A stretch of DNA of 60,780 bases, counting the filler. It is 6 parts of 6 records of this genome, joined end to end, with 100 filler letters (N's around TTAATTAATTAA, not from the genome) between each part and the next. Parts side by side here need not be neighbours in the genome. Positions count along the whole stretch, not along the records: positions 1 to 8,196 come from SRR31156797_25367; positions 8,297 to 17,730 come from SRR31156797_25386; 4 more parts are not named here. One strand, 5' to 3'. This document shows, piece by piece, positions 1-10,004 of this stretch. The translations under genes were made by a program, and so were the position numbers. The stretch's first letter is position 1, and every line of letters begins with the position of its first letter. The notes beneath the pieces are model-generated. The model did no database searches. It was not told the origin of the DNA and worked only from the letters and a program-made list of their open reading frames with translations.

Positions 1-800
1 GCAAGTGTTCCTTCAAATTCATTAAATGAGCTCATTAAAGTGCTTACCCCTGCTTCAACAGCCGACTTGAAGGGAGGTAAATAAACCTCGTTCATCACCC
101 GGCGCGACATATCAACGTAATTGTATTCTCGTCCGGCTTCAACGGCACCGTATCCGGCAAAGTGTTTGGCACATGCTGCTAAAGAATTTAGTTCAGACAA
201 ATCGTCTCCCTGAAAACCGCGAACTCGTGCTGCCGCTACAAGCGAACCATAATACGAGTCTTCACCGGCACCTTCCATTACGCGCCCCCAGCGAGCATCG
301 CGGGCAACATCCACCATTGGGGCAAAAGTCCAGTTTATACCAGCCGATGTAGCTTCGATTGCCGCAATACGAGCCGAATTTTCAATGGCTTCAAGATCCC
401 AGCTTGCAGCCTCTGCCAATGGAATCGGAAAAACAGTTTTATAGCCATGAATGACATCTAAGCCAAAGAGCAGTGGAATTTTCATACGCGAATTTTCTAC
501 TGCCAGTTTCTGTAGCTCTCGCGTGTTTTCAGCTCCTACAACATTTAACATTGAGCCAACCATTCCGCTTTTGATGTCCTCAAGTTGACGGGGTACTGCT
601 TTTAATGGTCCGGTAATTGCACTGTTGCCTGAGTATTGCACCATTTGGCCAACTTTTTCCTCAATGGTCATCTTTGATAACAACTGGTCAATTTTCTTTT
701 CTATTTCGATGTCTTTATCTGAAGCGGTGTTTTTATTATTCTGACTAAATGCGAGTAAGGGGAGGAGTATAATTGAAGTATAGATTACTATTTTTTTCAT
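1..800 (-). CDS. bglX: GH3 beta-glucosidase (BglX-like), N-terminal part, runs off the window edge
   Basis: Not in the ORF track. Manual translation from ATG at 800 gives MKKIVIY...MTIEEKVGQM...KIPLLFGLDVIHGYKTVFPIPLAEAASWD...WTFAPMVDVARDARWGRVMEGAGED...ACAKHFAGYG, the GH3 N-domain motifs. Confidence 0.93.
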   Translation of the reverse strand, partial: MKKIVIYTSIILLPLLAFSQNNKNTASDKDIEIEKKIDQLLSKMTIEEKVGQMVQYSGNSAITGPLKAVPRQLEDIKSGMVGSMLNVVGAENTRELQKLAVENSRMKIPLLFGLDVIHGYKTVFPIPLAEAASWDLEAIENSARIAAIEATSAGINWTFAPMVDVARDARWGRVMEGAGEDSYYGSLVAAARVRGFQGDDLSELNSLAACAKHFAGYGAVEAGREYNYVDMSRRVMNEVYLPPFKSAVEAGVSTLMSSFNEFEGTL

Positions 801-820
801 ATCTGTTCTGTTAATGATTT

Positions 821-2245
821 TTAATTTATTCGATAGGTTGTAACTGAACGGGGTAGCAGGTTTATTGGAGCATGTTTATTGTTGAGCTTAATGTTTAGGT
901 GGTGTGGTTTCTCCGTTGTATTAACAACAACCAAAACAATTTCTCCCCCCGGATTTATAAAAGCCTTATTTATTATCCCATTGCCCACATCGGTACTTTT
1001 AACCAGATAACTTCCGTTTTTAACAAACCTGGTTAATTGGGCAAAGTTGTAGTATCCGCTGGTTCGAAACCATTGGTTTCCGTCTTCTCTTAGGTTGTAC
1101 AGGGCCGAAAGTTTATTTTCCGGTTTTTTTTCTGTAATTTTTTCGCTGCCACCATTCCATTGGTAAGGTGCTCCAAATTCATCGGAAATGGTTACAAACT
1201 GGCTGTGGTTACGAGCCCCTGCTCCGATAATTTTTAGGACACGTGCCAGCCCGTCAACATTATAAAGCGCACGCTCGGTAAGGTACATTGGTATATCGGG
1301 ATATTTTTCAATCAACCGGGACATTTCTTTTTCACTACCACCGTAGTCGTGCCAGGCAACACCATCAAAAAGATTCCGATTGGCCGGATTGGAAATAAAT
1401 GGCTCCACCCAACCTTTGGCAAACAAAAAGTTATGATCGAATATCCAAAGTTCTGTATTAATGTTATGCGTTTTAAAAGCTTTACGAATGACCTTTGTTA
1501 AATCGCGCATCGATTCCCACCTGATGTATTGAGCCTGAGGAGTGACACGTCCGTCGGTGCAAAGTACCTCGTTCTGCGGGGATATACTTAATATGTCGAT
1601 TCCGCGTTTCTGATAGGCCTGAATGGCTTTCACAAGGTAGAGGGCAAATTCATCGTAATGTTCAGGTAAAATTGTTCCATCAGAGATTAGTTTTCCGTTG
1701 TCTTTCATCCAGGCAGGAGGACCCCATACGGCGGCATATATTTTTAGGTTGGGATTGATTACCAACGCTTCTTTGATAAGTTCAAAATGTCCGCGACGCT
1801 CATCTTCGGCAACTGAAAAATGTGAAAGCTGGTCGTCGTCCTTTTTTCCGGCGGGCATGTCGTTGTAAGTGTAAAAGTTCCAGTCTCTGTCCCAGTCGGT
1901 TGAGCCAAACGAGATACGCATCAGGTTCCAGCCTGCACCATCGTTTGAGTCAAACAATGCTTTAAGGGCTTTGGTGCGTTCTGCTTTTCCCATGCGCATA
2001 AAATTGTACACATCGGCATCGGTAAAGGTTCCGCCAAAACCGAGTATAGGATGTTGCTTTGCCGAAGGTTCAATTTGAATAATCGGTGATCCCGAAATTT
2101 CATGTTTTTTAAATTTTTTCTTGCCTTTGTAGGCAAGCCTTTCAATTCCCTCGGGGGCTGTTACCCACGATTCGATACGCTGCGAACGGGCCTGGTATGC
2201 CAAAAGCAGGAATAGACAAATAACAAGGTATGGTAGTATTTTCAT
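821..2245 (-). CDS. Glycoside hydrolase family 30 (glucosylceramidase-like), secreted
   Basis: Signal peptide; GFGGTFTD, WGPPAWMK, SPQNE (acid/base), YLTE (nucleophile), AFINPGGEIVLVVVN C-terminal beta domain. Confidence 0.85.
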   Translation of the reverse strand: MKILPYLVICLFLLLAYQARSQRIESWVTAPEGIERLAYKGKKKFKKHEISGSPIIQIEPSAKQHPILGFGGTFTDADVYNFMRMGKAERTKALKALFDSNDGAGWNLMRISFGSTDWDRDWNFYTYNDMPAGKKDDDQLSHFSVAEDERRGHFELIKEALVINPNLKIYAAVWGPPAWMKDNGKLISDGTILPEHYDEFALYLVKAIQAYQKRGIDILSISPQNEVLCTDGRVTPQAQYIRWESMRDLTKVIRKAFKTHNINTELWIFDHNFLFAKGWVEPFISNPANRNLFDGVAWHDYGGSEKEMSRLIEKYPDIPMYLTERALYNVDGLARVLKIIGAGARNHSQFVTISDEFGAPYQWNGGSEKITEKKPENKLSALYNLREDGNQWFRTSGYYNFAQLTRFVKNGSYLVKSTDVGNGIINKAFINPGGEIVLVVVNTTEKPHHLNIKLNNKHAPINLLPRSVTTYRIN

Positions 2246-2315
2246 TGAATTAATTGTAAGTTGTGAAGATTTGATGTATGATCTCCGGAAGAGACAGGAA
2301 CTGTATTATGTTTTT

Positions 2316-3131
2316 TTACTGTTTTATTTTTTGTGTTGATATTAACAGGTCGTCGTACCAGATATAGCTAGTTTTTAAAGGAGCCCAATCCGGGCCACTG
2401 CCGCCATGAAAGGTAGAAAAATAGAAACGGTTAACTTTTTCGCCATTTGTTGTAAATTGAAATCCTTTTTCGAGCAACACCTGCTGGCCGTCAATCCAAA
2501 CTTCAACTTCTCCATCGTATTTATCAGCTGCCGAATTTATTTTTACCCGTTCGGTAATTTGATACCATTTACCCGGCTCAAAAACCACTTCATTTCCCGA
2601 CGGGTATACCAATTGAAAGTCGTCGCCCCATTTCCCTCTTCTGTTCATGTGGTACAGGTAAAGTATCGCCCGGCCATTGGGGCGCCACATAAAGCGGGCA
2701 GTAAAACCATTTGTTCCGTCACAGTCCTGTCCGCCGCTGCAAAGTTTTCCGGCAGCCAGCCCGGGAAGTTTGCCTCCCAGCCTAAAATCAAAGTCTGAAT
2801 TAAACATCAGTTTATACGACATGTAATATTGGTCTTTATCAGGCAAAACGAGAGAAACCTGTGCTCCATTTCCTCCGGGGCCGGAGAAATTAACGGGGTA
2901 AGTTACCCGCAATGATCTTTTGCCAGAAGCTGCATGCGTGCAATCCGCAATTGTTCTTGTCTCCAATCCGTTGTTCCAGTTATCGGTTGTAAAACCAGCC
3001 TTTTCCCATTCCGAAATTATAAAGGGATTCGCATCAGAACTGGTTTCAAAGCTTGTGGAAAGTTTTGTTTGCGCAAAAACAAAAAATGGACAAATAAGAA
3101 TTATTAAGGTTAGTTGACAGGTATTTTTCAT
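2316..3131 (-). CDS. Polysaccharide lyase (PL14-like beta-jelly-roll), secreted
   Basis: Signal peptide; FDFRLGGKLPGL, RFMWR and FSTFHGG motifs typical of PL14-like lyases. Confidence 0.78.
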   Translation of the reverse strand: MKNTCQLTLIILICPFFVFAQTKLSTSFETSSDANPFIISEWEKAGFTTDNWNNGLETRTIADCTHAASGKRSLRVTYPVNFSGPGGNGAQVSLVLPDKDQYYMSYKLMFNSDFDFRLGGKLPGLAAGKLCSGGQDCDGTNGFTARFMWRPNGRAILYLYHMNRRGKWGDDFQLVYPSGNEVVFEPGKWYQITERVKINSAADKYDGEVEVWIDGQQVLLEKGFQFTTNGEKVNRFYFSTFHGGSGPDWAPLKTSYIWYDDLLISTQKIKQ

Positions 3132-3210
3132 CTGTAAATAATTGATTTAATACATTGTAATTCAGTATGCAACCATAAACAGGGTGTTAATTGTGTTGTT
3201 AGTTCTTGTG

Positions 3211-4698
3211 CTATTTTAGATTGTATTCTTGTAAGGATGCATACAATTGTGCAAACATTCCCATTCCCATTTGAGCTATCACCCGATAATCACTTCGTTG
3301 AAGGGCTTCACCTCCCCGGTTGTCCTGGGCAACTCCTTGCAAAAAACCATCAGGAGTAATGTATTGCTGAAGGCTTTGGTAACATTTGTCTACTTTCTTT
3401 TTGTATGAATCAGGAAGAATACCAAGGTTAATCCCGGACATAATCGCTGCAGAAATTCCGGCAGATCCGGAAGCATCAGGCAAGCTATTCTTGTCGTCCA
3501 TAAAACAACTCCACGTACCGTTTGTATCCTGCATCGACAACGCAATATCAACTGCTTCTTTGTATTTGTCCACAATCTCCCGATCGATATTCTCTATTCC
3601 TATTTCTTCAATGGTTCGTATGTTGCCCAATAAGAACCAGGCGGCTCCACGTGCCCAGTTTCGATAGGTGTACCTCCCATTTGTATAATAGCGCAGGTAG
3701 AAATTACCGTTGTTTATCAATACAAAACGATGTTTTAACTGTTCCTGAGCTTCTGTTATCATGTTTTCATTCTTTTGGGTATTGCCCAATACAGCCATCG
3801 GATATGAAATGGTATAACACCCCTCGGCAGTTATAGTGGAGTCGTCCATCATAATTCCGTTGTCTTTTTTTAAATGCTGCCATCCGTTAGCTACAGTATT
3901 AAGAATCGAATGTTCGGGTTGTAAGCGCCCCAGGGTAGCAAAAGGAATGGTGGATTCGATACCATCAACCCGGTTATCGTTGGGTCTGCTTCGCGAATTT
4001 TCGAATATTAGATTGTCCTGTTTATCGAAAAATAAATTTAAATGCTGATTGATTGTCTGTAGGGCATTTTTATTTCCTGTTCGGTTATAAAGTTGCCATA
4101 AACCGTCGAGGACTGTACCTTCGCGCCAGCCAAAAGCCTGAACTGAGTTTTCGGAAAGAAAACAATTCATAAAATCCTGCAATTCTCCAGTTTGTTTATC
4201 CGTTGATAATACATGAGGAAGTAAAGCTGTACTTCCGGAAGATGTTTTTGTGAAAAACCAAAAAGGAGACCTGCTTTCGAGAACAAGATTAATTCCATTT
4301 TTTTGAACCAGAGAAGTGTATTGCTCCGGAATTTTAATCTCATACGGCACCAGTACCGATGAATATTTGATATCGAAAGCTCCCAGGTTTATGTCAGTTC
4401 CCGGAATTGAAGCGAGTACCTTTTTTTTATCCCAAATTTCATGCGCAACCGTTAACCTTAGCCAGTTATTTTTGCCTTTTAATTGTTGTTTAAAAGTAAG
4501 CCTAAGAGTATCGCCAGGAAACATGCCAGCAGCTTCCCATCCAAAGGCAATCCTGTGTCTATTAGGTATTCCCCGTATTTCTTTTTGATGAATCCTGGCA
4601 TAAACTATCTGGTTTGTTTCCGTTTTTTTATTGATACAGGAAGTAAAAAGGATCAGAAGAATAAATATCAGGGTAATTCTATCGCTAAAAATATTCAT
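3211..4698 (-). CDS. GH88/GH105 unsaturated glycuronyl hydrolase-like lipoprotein with an extra N-terminal domain
   Basis: Lipobox LFTSC; C-terminal WARGAAW and DASGSA motifs of the GH88/105 (alpha/alpha)6 barrel. Confidence 0.72.
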   Translation of the reverse strand: MNIFSDRITLIFILLILFTSCINKKTETNQIVYARIHQKEIRGIPNRHRIAFGWEAAGMFPGDTLRLTFKQQLKGKNNWLRLTVAHEIWDKKKVLASIPGTDINLGAFDIKYSSVLVPYEIKIPEQYTSLVQKNGINLVLESRSPFWFFTKTSSGSTALLPHVLSTDKQTGELQDFMNCFLSENSVQAFGWREGTVLDGLWQLYNRTGNKNALQTINQHLNLFFDKQDNLIFENSRSRPNDNRVDGIESTIPFATLGRLQPEHSILNTVANGWQHLKKDNGIMMDDSTITAEGCYTISYPMAVLGNTQKNENMITEAQEQLKHRFVLINNGNFYLRYYTNGRYTYRNWARGAAWFLLGNIRTIEEIGIENIDREIVDKYKEAVDIALSMQDTNGTWSCFMDDKNSLPDASGSAGISAAIMSGINLGILPDSYKKKVDKCYQSLQQYITPDGFLQGVAQDNRGGEALQRSDYRVIAQMGMGMFAQLYASLQEYNLK

Positions 4699-4712
4699 GG
4701 TGTTGTTTTTCT

Positions 4713-4757
4713 CCTGAAAGACGCAATGGTTTTAAGGTAGCCCCTGCGTCTTTCAGG
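4713..4757. terminator. Perfect 13-bp intergenic hairpin (terminator or mRNA-stabilising stem)
   Basis: CCTGAAAGACGCA (4713-4725) pairs with TGCGTCTTTCAGG (4745-4757), between the esterase and GH88/105 genes. Confidence 0.55.
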
Positions 4758-4767
4758 TTTGTGAAAA

Positions 4768-5634
4768 TTAGTATTGGTGAAAGGAAATGGTTATAAATTT
4801 TAGTACCTCGGGTAGCGCACTTCTCCAATACGACCAGGTATGTCCACCATCCCGAACACGATATTGATGAGGAATCCCGTTTTTACGCATTGCTATATGC
4901 ACCATGGAGTTCCCTTCATAAAGGAAATCATCGTCACCACAATCAATGTACCAGCGAACATCTTTTTTCTGTTCATCGGGCATATTATTTACCATGTGAT
5001 AAACGCTTCTTTCTTCAAACCTTTTCTGTTTTTCTTCTTGTGAAGGCTCTTTCCCTTTTTCACCTTTTCTTCCTTTAAATGGACCTGGATCATCCATACT
5101 TACCGGGCCACAGCTGGCACTTAACGGACAAGCTGAACAAAACATATCGGGATGATGGATGGCATAAAGGAAAGTGCCTCCGCCACCCATTGATAATCCG
5201 GCTATGGCACGATAACGCTTTTCTGCTTTTATACGGTATTTTTTTTCAATGGCCGGAATAAATTCGTCGAAAATGAAATCTTCGTAGTTCCAATTTTCTT
5301 CCGGACGGTTAAAATAACCTTTGTGTTTCTCACTGGCATCTGGCATTACAATAATCATTGGAGTAGAAGTTCCATTGTTTATTGCTTTATCAGCAATGTG
5401 TAATACTTCCCCAAATTGTATCCACCCGGTATGATCGTCGCCGGCACCATGCAGCAAATACAATACGGGGTAACTGCGTTCGGATGATTCGTAGCCGGGA
5501 GGAAGGTAAATGGCATATTTACGCTCCATTTCTAAAATTTCGCTATGCATAGATAGGTTATCATATACCTTTCCACTTTGAGCCATTATCAACACCGGTA
5601 ACGAAAAGAAAATGGCAAAAATTGTTTGTTTCAT
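4768..5634 (-). CDS. Alpha/beta-hydrolase esterase (CE1-like putative esterase)
   Basis: YPVLYLLHG, nucleophile elbow GLSMGG, DCGDDD, GGHTWSYW. Confidence 0.88.
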   Translation of the reverse strand: MKQTIFAIFFSLPVLIMAQSGKVYDNLSMHSEILEMERKYAIYLPPGYESSERSYPVLYLLHGAGDDHTGWIQFGEVLHIADKAINNGTSTPMIIVMPDASEKHKGYFNRPEENWNYEDFIFDEFIPAIEKKYRIKAEKRYRAIAGLSMGGGGTFLYAIHHPDMFCSACPLSASCGPVSMDDPGPFKGRKGEKGKEPSQEEKQKRFEERSVYHMVNNMPDEQKKDVRWYIDCGDDDFLYEGNSMVHIAMRKNGIPHQYRVRDGGHTWSYWRSALPEVLKFITISFHQY

Positions 5635-5693
5635 TTTAAGTTATTTAATTGGTTTATACTTACGATCATCCTTTAGAAGGATGCTGTTTTTGG

Positions 5694-7433
5694 CTATAAA
5701 AGTGTTTTCCAGTTTTGAGAGAAATAGGCTTTTATCAGTTCTTTTTCTAATTCTTTGTTTTTGGTACTGATGCTTTTTTCAACCAAATCGTTGAAAAGAT
5801 AAAATTGTAGCCAGTAGCCAAATTCATATTGCTGCTGTAAATTTTTAGGATGAAGGAAACGGGAATACCATTTATGGTTGATATTATATTTTTTGGCAAC
5901 CTCAACTGCATGGCCAGCCTGTATCCACATGTTTTGGGCACACCGATCAAATACCTTACAAACTTCTTTATATGACATTTGGGCTGTATTGTATATCTCG
6001 TAATTGCAGGTATCAATGCCATAGTCCAAAAGATTAAAACTATTCTCATAGATGGTGTCGCCATCCATATCGTACTTTATTTGATTAAAAAAGCCATTGT
6101 TGTTTGTGTCTTCATATTTTATTGTTGGATATTTTGAGGGAATACCCTGGTTTCGTTTGTATTTCCCTGCATACAATCCACCCCATCCCTGGTAACTTTG
6201 TGCACCAAAATCGATACGCCAGTAACCATATTCAGCACCAAACAAATGAATGCGATTGTCGAATCCAATATAAAGTTTTCCTTTTCCGGAATTATCATTA
6301 TCCCATTCTCCCCGGTCTCCGGTTGCATCAGCTTGAGGATTGTGGTCTAATCCTCCTTTCTTCATTCCTATTTTGAAGGGATCTTTAGCATCGTAAAATT
6401 CTACACGTTCCCAGCGTTCACAATCATCATCTTCATCGAAAACCAATTGGCATTTCGACCAGTTATTGCAATTAAAAGTAAGCTCCCAAGCCGAATCATG
6501 ATCGGCATAAACCAGTTGGTTAAGTTTGCGCCACCGGCTGTCGTAAAACAGACTGTCGGCTTCGGGCAAACCACGCATATTATTAAATTTATGTTCCTGA
6601 TCTTCGTAAGAAAAACCTTCGCCACTAAAACCGATTGTCATGTCAAAATCAAATTCGTTGGATGGAGAATTGTCGTTGTCCAGGTCAAAACTAAAATGTG
6701 TCCAGCTTACTTTTTTAGTCGGGTAGGTATCTATTTCTTTCCCTTTACGAAACTCACAATCATCTAAAAAACGAACACTCATTTCTGAAAGCCCATCGTC
6801 ATCCATATCGTAAAAAAGAAACGGATTTTCCCAACTGTATTCTAAATTACTAAACCGATAGCTTGGTAAATGAGCCTTCAAAAAGAGTGTCCGTCCATGA
6901 TAATCTTCGTAAAAATCGGATGCTCCGCTGTGTGCCCAACATTTTTGCACCAGTGTTTTCCAATCAATATAATGGAATGTTTCGTCCTGCTCTGTATCGA
7001 TTATCCACATGTAGTTGCTCGACCAGTCCCAATAATTTTTAATATGTGGATTACTGTTTTCAACTACAACCTGCATATCGGCAATACCATCAGAGTTATG
7101 GTCAATCCAGTCAAGGCTTAAGTCGCCGGGGCCGGCAAAAATTCCATCTTTGTTTCGGTCAATAATCAGGCAGTCATTGTCAAGGTCTCCTTCCCGGTCC
7201 AATGTGGTCATGTCATCATCATCATCGATCCAAATTAGCGGAATAGAATCGAATAAGGTTGAATAAAGTAAATCGGGATCTCCGTCTCCATCGATGTCTT
7301 TCATTTTCAATTCGGAGGTATAAGTGGGACGAAACAGGGGAATAAGAGCATGCTTTGGTGCCCCTTGTTGCGCAAAAATAGTAGTAAAAGAGGAACAAAT
7401 AATTAAGAACAAGACTAATCTTTTCATTGGCAT
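5694..7433 (-). CDS. Secreted Asp-rich hypothetical protein with many DxDxDG-type loops
   Basis: Start probably ATG 7433 or 7427 (MKRLVLFLIICSS signal peptide); DIDGDGD, DRNKDG, DHNSDG, DMDDDG, DTNNNG, DMDGDT. Confidence 0.75.
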   Translation of the reverse strand: MPMKRLVLFLIICSSFTTIFAQQGAPKHALIPLFRPTYTSELKMKDIDGDGDPDLLYSTLFDSIPLIWIDDDDDMTTLDREGDLDNDCLIIDRNKDGIFAGPGDLSLDWIDHNSDGIADMQVVVENSNPHIKNYWDWSSNYMWIIDTEQDETFHYIDWKTLVQKCWAHSGASDFYEDYHGRTLFLKAHLPSYRFSNLEYSWENPFLFYDMDDDGLSEMSVRFLDDCEFRKGKEIDTYPTKKVSWTHFSFDLDNDNSPSNEFDFDMTIGFSGEGFSYEDQEHKFNNMRGLPEADSLFYDSRWRKLNQLVYADHDSAWELTFNCNNWSKCQLVFDEDDDCERWERVEFYDAKDPFKIGMKKGGLDHNPQADATGDRGEWDNDNSGKGKLYIGFDNRIHLFGAEYGYWRIDFGAQSYQGWGGLYAGKYKRNQGIPSKYPTIKYEDTNNNGFFNQIKYDMDGDTIYENSFNLLDYGIDTCNYEIYNTAQMSYKEVCKVFDRCAQNMWIQAGHAVEVAKKYNINHKWYSRFLHPKNLQQQYEFGYWLQFYLFNDLVEKSISTKNKELEKELIKAYFSQNWKTLL

Positions 7434-7908
7434 TTTTTTACAAAACTGGTTTATATTATTAATGCTTTTGGGCAAAGCCCGTAAAGCTCATTTTATTTGC
7501 TTTGTTTATAGTTATTACACCTTATATCGGGTTACCCCTTGCGGAAAGGAGAGAAAATTATTGATTCCTGCATCCTTTCAAATTCAAAGGTCTTTTGAGT
7601 TCATAAGGTTTTGGTTTTAATTCATTGTTTAAGAATAATTTGACAGGAGCTGTGAACTAAATGGTTTTTAACTCTATATTCTTTTAAATCATTAATAATG
7701 CGATTATTATAAAAAAACACTACTTCAACTTCGAGCACATTGTCATTTTTAATAAATTTTTACCAGGTATCTGTTCTTCTTGTAAAGGCTTCATATTTAA
7801 CGAAATAGGCATGTCAGTGAAAAATCATTTTAAGTATAAAAACGGGTAATCATTAAATGTGTAATTAGTTATGAAGAGACATTTCGCATTCGACCCAACA
7901 ATTTCGCA

Positions 7909-8196
7909 TCATTTTTCTTTAGGTGAAAAAAATTGGACTTCACTTATCTTCTTCATATTTTTACTGAAACTATAAACGGAGTTCGGAGCTATTTCAAACG
8001 ATTCCGTTTTTTTATTACTGGTTATTTTTACCTTTTTCTTTTCTGTTTCAATACCACACACTTTTATAATTTTCCCTGAAAAATCGGACACCACACGGAT
8101 ACCTTTGGTGAATGAAAAAACTTCAACGCCATTTATTAAACAATGCACCTGTTTGCCCTCTGTTTTTAGACGGTATAAATTGTCTCCTGTTTTTTG
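7909..8196 (-). CDS. C-terminal fragment of an unknown protein, truncated by the contig end
   Basis: Open frame continuing to the N gap at 8197; no recognisable motif. Confidence 0.5.
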   Translation of the reverse strand, partial: QKTGDNLYRLKTEGKQVHCLINGVEVFSFTKGIRVVSDFSGKIIKVCGIETEKKKVKITSNKKTESFEIAPNSVYSFSKNMKKISEVQFFSPKEK

Positions 8197-8296
8197 NNNN
8201 NNNNNNNNNNNNNNNNNNNNNNNNNNNNNNNNNNNNNNNNTTAATTAATTAANNNNNNNNNNNNNNNNNNNNNNNNNNNNNNNNNNNNNNNNNNNN
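8197..8296. other. Artificial contig spacer
   Basis: N run, TTAATTAATTAA (stops in all six frames), N run; 100 nt in total. Confidence 0.98.
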
Positions 8297-8718
8297 GAGA
8301 TAAAGATATTGGAGGGTTTGATATCCCTGTGGATAATATTCCGCCCGTGGATATAGCTCAGAGCCCGGGCGCAGCAGCCCAGAACATAGCGAACCGTGTC
8401 GGGAGTCAGGGGGCCGGTCTCTTCAATGACCCTGTCCAGAGAGGCGCCTTCCACAAACTCCATAACCATGTAATGACGGCTTCCCTCTTTGAAGTGATCG
8501 TAAACCTTGACGATATGATCGTGGTTCAAATCCATCATCAGAGCCGCCTCCTGCAGAAAGCGGTCGTAAAACGACTTTTTCCCTCTCAGGTTCAGCTTCT
8601 TGAGAACGACCTTTCTTTTCAGCGTGGGATGGAGCCCCAGATAGACGATGCTGGTCCCTCCGGAACCCAGGAGAGAGAGAATCTTGTACTTACCGACCTG
8701 TTCGGGGATCTTTGCCAT
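8297..8718 (-). CDS. Hanks-type Ser/Thr protein kinase, N-terminal part (truncated)
   Basis: LGSGGTSIVY glycine loop, VVLKKL, FLQEA, IIHRDIKPSNI catalytic loop. Confidence 0.92.
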
Positions 8719-8733
8719 ACTCTTTTATCGGAC

Positions 8734-8776
8734 AAAAAAAAAGGCCGACTTTACCGTATTAAAGGCAAAGTCAGCC
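8734..8776 (-). terminator. Rho-independent terminator after dnaJ
   Basis: Minus strand GGCTGACTTT...AAAGTCGGCC stem followed by a T9 tract. Confidence 0.75.
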
Positions 8777-8794
8777 ATTATCCGAACACCTGTC

Positions 8795-9916
8795 CTACAG
8801 ATCCTTCAGCCTGATAGGCATGGGCTCCGAGTCCTCACCGTAGAGTTCGGCAAACTTCTTGAGCGCATCCTTCTGCTTGCCGTTCAGCTTCCTGGGAGTC
8901 TGAACCTGGAGCTTCACATAGAGGTCGCCCTTGCGTCCCGATCCATGGAGAACGGGAACGCCTTCGTTTCTGATCCTGAGCATCTTGCCGCTTTGGGTTC
9001 CGGCTGCGACCTTCAGCTTGATCTTTTTATCGTCCAGGGTCCTGACCATCACGTCTCCGCCCAGAGCCGCCTGGGTGACGGAGATGGGAACGACGCAGTA
9101 AAGGTCGTAGCCCTCTCTCTCAAAGTACTCATGATCCCTGATATGGATATAGACATACAGATCTCCAGCGGGACCGCCCTTGGGACCGGCGTCGCCCTGC
9201 CCGTCCAGACGGATCCTCTTACCCGGCGCGATGCCTGCGGGGATAGTCACTTTGAGCTTCTGCCTCTCCTTGACCACTCCCCTTCCGCGGCAGGCGCTGC
9301 AAGGATTCTCGATGATGGTCCCCTCTCCGTGGCAGGTGGAGCAGGGCTGGGCGATGGAAAAGAAGCCCGAACTCCTGCGGACCTGGCCCGAACCGCCGCA
9401 GGTGGGACAGGTCTTGCTGCCCGTCCCCTCGGAGGCTCCCGAGCCATGACAGACGCCGCAGGACTGCTGACGATAATACTCTACCTCAACCTTGTCTCCG
9501 TAGACGGCATCCTTGAAATCCACTTCCATGTCATAGCGAAGGTCGCTGCCCCTGGAAGGGCCCCTGCGTCCGCCGCGGCCTCCGCCTCCGCCTCCCCCGA
9601 AAAAGGAGTCGAATATGCTGGAAAAGTCACCGCCGAAGATATCCTCGAATCCCGAGAAAGCATTGGCGTTGAAACCGGGTCCGCCCATGTTGTCCACACC
9701 GGCGAATCCGTACTGATCGTAGGCCTGCTTTTTCTGTGCATCCGAAAGGACTTCATAGGCCTCTGTGGCTTCCTTGAACTTGTGCTCGGCTTCCTTGCTG
9801 TTCTGGTTCCTGTCGGGATGGTATTTGATGGCGAGTTTTCTATAGGCTTTTTTAATCTCGTCGGGAGATGCGTTTTTCTCGATCTCCAGGACTTCGTAAT
9901 AATCCCTTTTTGACAC
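8795..9916 (-). CDS. dnaJ: Chaperone DnaJ
   Basis: J domain with HPD, G/F-rich region, four CxxCxGxG repeats; probable GTG start at 9916 after an AAGGA SD. Confidence 0.97.
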   Translation of the reverse strand: MSKRDYYEVLEIEKNASPDEIKKAYRKLAIKYHPDRNQNSKEAEHKFKEATEAYEVLSDAQKKQAYDQYGFAGVDNMGGPGFNANAFSGFEDIFGGDFSSIFDSFFGGGGGGGRGGRRGPSRGSDLRYDMEVDFKDAVYGDKVEVEYYRQQSCGVCHGSGASEGTGSKTCPTCGGSGQVRRSSGFFSIAQPCSTCHGEGTIIENPCSACRGRGVVKERQKLKVTIPAGIAPGKRIRLDGQGDAGPKGGPAGDLYVYIHIRDHEYFEREGYDLYCVVPISVTQAALGGDVMVRTLDDKKIKLKVAAGTQSGKMLRIRNEGVPVLHGSGRKGDLYVKLQVQTPRKLNGKQKDALKKFAELYGEDSEPMPIRLKDL

Positions 9917-10004
9917 GGGCACGTTCCTTATCACAATAACAGCCCTGAGAACCCCAGGGCTGCCGTTTTACAGCCTTCCGGGCCTGAGCCCGGAAGTCTT
10001 AGTT

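Noticed and set aside
8241-8252. TTAATTAATTAA recurring five times
   Set aside because: Synthetic linker inside N gaps, not a biological repeat or CRISPR.
8648-9913. 421-aa plus-strand ORF
   Set aside because: Antisense shadow of dnaJ.
9940-9997. Two small hairpins between dnaK and dnaJ
   Set aside because: No U tract; probably ordinary intra-operon stability stems.
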